Source of the DNA: Corallochytrium limacisporum Hawaii
Taxonomy: Eukaryota > Protista > Pluriformea
Length of the DNA stretch: 48,328 nt
NCBI GenBank assembly: GCA_002811645.1
Contig: PDIP01000071.1
Coordinates: forward strand, 13,647 to 61,974
Reading direction: 5' to 3'
In this document: piece after piece, positions 45,181 to 48,328 of the stretch
How positions within the stretch are numbered: position 1 is the first letter of the stretch
Layout of the letters: each line of letters opens with the position of its first letter
Made by a program: the position numbers and the translations under genes
Notes under the pieces: model-generated
The model's database searches: none
Seen by the model: the letters and a program-made list of their open reading frames with translations, nothing else
Told to the model about the DNA's origin: nothing

Positions 45181-47403
45181 TTAGAAATCAAACTCAGCCC
45201 GGTATGCGCGCAAATCCTGTAGGTCAACCTTCTCAGCCAGATCCGGTCGGTTCATCATGTAGAAGGTCATGCGCAGCATATCCCAGATGCTGCGAGAGGT
45301 GATCGGGCTCTGGCTGTGGGCATCCTCGCTCTGCTGTTGCTGAATCTGCAGGGTGGACATGAAGTGTTCCGCAGCCTCCTTGTGGGCGTTCAGGTTGATG
45401 CAGCTGATACCCAGGTTGAAGCGGGCGCGAACAAAGTTCGGGCGGAGCTCCAGGGCGCGGTGGTAAGCAGCGACAGCCTCCTCGCTCCGATGGCTGTTGG
45501 CGAGCGTGGCACCCAGCTTGTTCCACAGGTAAAAGTCATCGGGACGGGCATCAAGGGCAGAGTTGAAGCACTCGACCGCCTTGTCGTACTCTCCGGTAAT
45601 ATTGAAGAGGACACCGAGGCCAATCTGCAAGTCCGGATCGAAACTCTGACCCGAATTGCGCACCGCCCGCAGGTACATATCCATGATCTTTTCCTGGCGC
45701 TGCAGGACCGCCACCATGCCCGGACCGCCGGAGCCGTCATTGAGGGTGGAGGCCGGCATGTCTTCGACCAGCTTCGCATAATCAGGGTGAGTGCGAACCC
45801 ACTGCTCCAGGTTGTCGTAAGCCCTGGTATAGTTGGTTTCGTTCGTGTAGCTCACCGCAAGGGCCATACGCGCGTGACTGTTGTCTGGCTGCAGCTGAAG
45901 GCAGCGCTCCAGTGCACGGATCGCTGCCACGTCATTCTCGTACTCAGCCTGGGTGTTGCCCAAGTAGTACCAGGCGGCTGCATTGTCCGGGCGCAGCTTC
46001 ACCGCCGCCTCAAAGGCCATGATAGCTTGCAGTAGCTCTCCACGGCGAAGTCGCTCCATACCCTCCGCGAACGGGTCCGCAGAGTCCTCGTATGGGTTTT
46101 CCTCGCGAAACTTGTACTCCTGTTCAGTTTCCATGTCATTCTGAGTATCGTAAATCTGATCAAACGTAGATTGTTCCTGGTTTTGGAATTCGCTCACAAA
46201 GTCGAGATCATCATCAACGGCCGCAATGTTCTGCAGGTACTCCTGGTACTGCTGCGTAAAGTCGTTCTCGATGTCCAGGGTTTCCGCAGTGCTGCCGTTC
46301 TCCTGACGTTCGGTAAATTCTTTGACCCAGTCTTGTGCTTGTTGTGCTGCTCCTGTAATGGAAGTAACCGCTCCAAGTGAGGAGGAGTTAGAGAAGAGGT
46401 TTGGCGCTGGATTGTTAGTGATCTGTGCTGCGTCCTCCTGGTCATTGTCAATCTCTCGCTGTAGTTCGATGGATTCCTTGGTGGCAAATTCAGCAGCCCA
46501 ATCCACGCCAACACCTCCCGGATTCTCAACTAGTTTGTTGTTCTCAAACGTGACTTCCTTGCGGCTCAATTTCCGCATGAAATCCATGAATTCAGACTGC
46601 TGAAGTTTATCATCTCCTACGGCATTAACTAACTTACCCGCTGTCTTAGCAAGCTCCTCGTTCTCCGCGCTAACGGCTTGGGCTGCATCTTGGTTACTGT
46701 GGTTGGAAAGAAGTGAAGCGATTGCAGATTCATTTCGGTTAGTATTACTGTCTATGCTGCGTTCCTGTGTTCTCAAGGACAAGGTTGATACGTACTTTTC
46801 CTGCTGGGCAGGTTGCTCACTTATCGTGGCCTTATTAAATTCTTGCTGCCAATCCGGGGGGATGGCTACTTGCGGTCTGTTCATTTGTTGCTGCTGGTTC
46901 ATCATGGCCATCGGGCGGTGCGGGGCGTGCATGCCATATTCCATGGGCGGAATGTATGCCCGCTGACCGCTAGTCATCGCGCTGGGTCCCGGCCCAGCGG
47001 CCTGCTTTCCGCGTCCAGCCATGAATTCCTGATCCCATGCCGCTGACGGTGCAGGTCCTGCATTCTGCTGCCTTCCGAATTCTTGTGCCCATCCTGCCTG
47101 CGCCGGAGCGCCGCCCATCTGTCGCAGAGGAGCCCCTCCTGCCTGTGCTTGAGGCATGGGCATCGGTCCACGCGGTGCGTGCATAGGTTGTTTCCCTTTC
47201 ATGAAGGCATCGGCGCGCTGCTGATCTGCCTGTGACATCTGAGGTCGCTGCATACTGGGCTGCATCATGCCGGGTTGGCCGGGGATATGACTACCAACAC
47301 GACCACCCATGGGCATGCCATCACGAGCCTGGGCCTTGTCCACCAGCTTCATTAGCGGGTTGGACGTACCGCAGCCACCGTCTACTAAGTCACGCATCGA
47401 CAT
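45181..47403 (-). CDS. PEX5: Peroxisomal targeting signal 1 receptor; probably spliced (exons 47403-46796 and 46696-45181)
   Basis: N-terminal conserved Cys ('LVDGGCGTSNPL'), five WxxxF motifs (WAQEF, WDQEF, WQQEF, WAAEF, WVKEF), Pex7-binding-like 'KLQQSEFMDFMRKL', and TPRs with 'WNKLGATLAN', 'RARFNLGISCINL'. Confidence 0.96.
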   Translation of the reverse strand: MSMRDLVDGGCGTSNPLMKLVDKAQARDGMPMGGRVGSHIPGQPGMMQPSMQRPQMSQADQQRADAFMKGKQPMHAPRGPMPMPQAQAGGAPLRQMGGAPAQAGWAQEFGRQQNAGPAPSAAWDQEFMAGRGKQAAGPGPSAMTSGQRAYIPPMEYGMHAPHRPMAMMNQQQQMNRPQVAIPPDWQQEFNKATISEQPAQQEKYVSTLSLRTQERSIDSNTNRNESAIASLLSNHSNQDAAQAVSAENEELAKTAGKLVNAVGDDKLQQSEFMDFMRKLSRKEVTFENNKLVENPGGVGVDWAAEFATKESIELQREIDNDQEDAAQITNNPAPNLFSNSSSLGAVTSITGAAQQAQDWVKEFTERQENGSTAETLDIENDFTQQYQEYLQNIAAVDDDLDFVSEFQNQEQSTFDQIYDTQNDMETEQEYKFREENPYEDSADPFAEGMERLRRGELLQAIMAFEAAVKLRPDNAAAWYYLGNTQAEYENDVAAIRALERCLQLQPDNSHARMALAVSYTNETNYTRAYDNLEQWVRTHPDYAKLVEDMPASTLNDGSGGPGMVAVLQRQEKIMDMYLRAVRNSGQSFDPDLQIGLGVLFNITGEYDKAVECFNSALDARPDDFYLWNKLGATLANSHRSEEAVAAYHRALELRPNFVRARFNLGISCINLNAHKEAAEHFMSTLQIQQQQSEDAHSQSPITSRSIWDMLRMTFYMMNRPDLAEKVDLQDLRAYRAEFDF
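46697..46795 (-). other. Predicted 99-nt intron in PEX5 (in-frame, stop-free)
   Basis: GTACGT donor at 46795, perfect TACTAAC at 46744-46738, pyrimidine tract, CAG acceptor ending at 46697. Confidence 0.75.
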
Positions 47404-47879
47404 GATGGTGGTGCTCTGTTTCAATAAATCTCAAACTACAATTTTTTTGTCTTTCGGTCTCTTTTTGCAATAGTGCCTTTTCTAACGCCAGTTCTCACAG
47501 GTCGCCTAATTCAGTTTCTTTAAGTTCGTTACAAATAACTAGGCTCACGAGATCCTGAGCTAAACAAAATTACGGGTATGGTCAGATAGTCATGACCATT
47601 CTAAACCACAGGGACCGAGCCCAGAAACAAACTTCCATTTTATATTACACGGCACCAAATAGCTTGCTTGTGCAAGTCTGAACACAGCGGGACAATTTCT
47701 TACGCATCCAATGAACAAAACAGAACTGGCGTCAGGGTATCTTATTTCGCTTCATCAAGTTTTGGGCACCCACTCCTCCGTCGCACACAAAAAGGCCAAA
47801 CCGCCGACACACAAGCGGGCAGAAAAAATAACGGAAAAGTAGGTGCCACCTGTGCAGCAGTGGTGGTGCAAAAAAGAAA

Positions 47880-48210
47880 GTGTCTGACACACACTCACTC
47901 ACTCACTCACTCACTACTGCACACCCACCTCCCCGGAAAAAGTCACGGTGGCTCGAGACCCCAAGCGAGGCAGGTCACCCCCCCCCACCCACCACACCCC
48001 GCAACTCCCCCCTTTTTCTCCTTCATTCCTTCCTTCCTTCCTTCGTTTCCCTTTCTCTCTCTCTCTCTCTCTCTGTGTCTGTCTGTCTGTGTTGTCTCCC
48101 ATCCGTGCTCTTTGCTGTTTCTTTTGTTATAGTGTTTCCATTTGCTTGCAAAGTGCGAGGGGAGAGAGGATTGAGGGAGGAGAGAGGAGTGGGGGGGATG
48201 GGGGGATGGG
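47880..48210. promoter_or_regulatory. Low-complexity C-tract/(CACT)n/(TC)n/G-tract island upstream of PEX5
   Basis: Same composition as the other promoter islands, about 500-800 bp upstream of the PEX5 ATG. Confidence 0.5.
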
Positions 48211-48328
48211 CCAAAAACACTTCCCTCACGTGTTTGATTTTCCCGAAGGAAGCAAAATTAACAGAGAAAAAGTCAGTCGAAAAAATAGAGAGGTTGCCTC
48301 GGACGGGGAGTGGCAAGTTGTCCCTTCC

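Noticed and set aside
1-48328. CRISPR arrays, rRNA, tRNA, transposase/RT domains, telomeric arrays, alternative genetic code
   Set aside because: None seen. Real genes end in TAA, TAG and TGA, which supports the standard code.

Overview
Eukaryotic nuclear DNA from a compact, almost intron-free genome. A unicellular opisthokont is likely. The yeast-like TACTAAC branch points, Taf14-like YEATS-ET protein, mS45-type mitoribosomal protein, PAT-domain perilipin and animal-like vigilin/RFC5 would fit an intron-poor unicellular holozoan such as Corallochytrium, but that assignment is inference. Positions 1-16,000 hold no recognisable gene: a (GA)n microsatellite, two promoter-like G/C-tract islands and several decayed or orphan ORFs. 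Positions 16,018-47,403 hold about 14 housekeeping genes, mostly in tight tail-to-tail pairs separated by poly-C/poly-G promoter islands: EMC1, OST48/WBP1, vigilin, an orphan type I membrane protein, MIC10, an mS45-like protein, a JmjC protein, RFC5, PPME1, a Taf14-like protein, RPL22, a perilipin-like protein, a TAG-type 3-methyladenine glycosylase and PEX5. The most interesting signals are: (1) an 840-nt RPL22 intron carrying two candidate poison exons and a dense YCAY cluster, plus a candidate intron at the stop codon; (2) a stop-free, in-frame 99-nt intron in PEX5; (3) an unannotated 58-aa ORF ending in the PTS1 tripeptide AKL; (4) recurrent Cn-Gn self-complementary tracts in divergent promoters; (5) a mitoribosomal protein combining mS45-like and mS22-like motifs. 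All identifications come from reading the sequence and from recalled family motifs; no searches were run.
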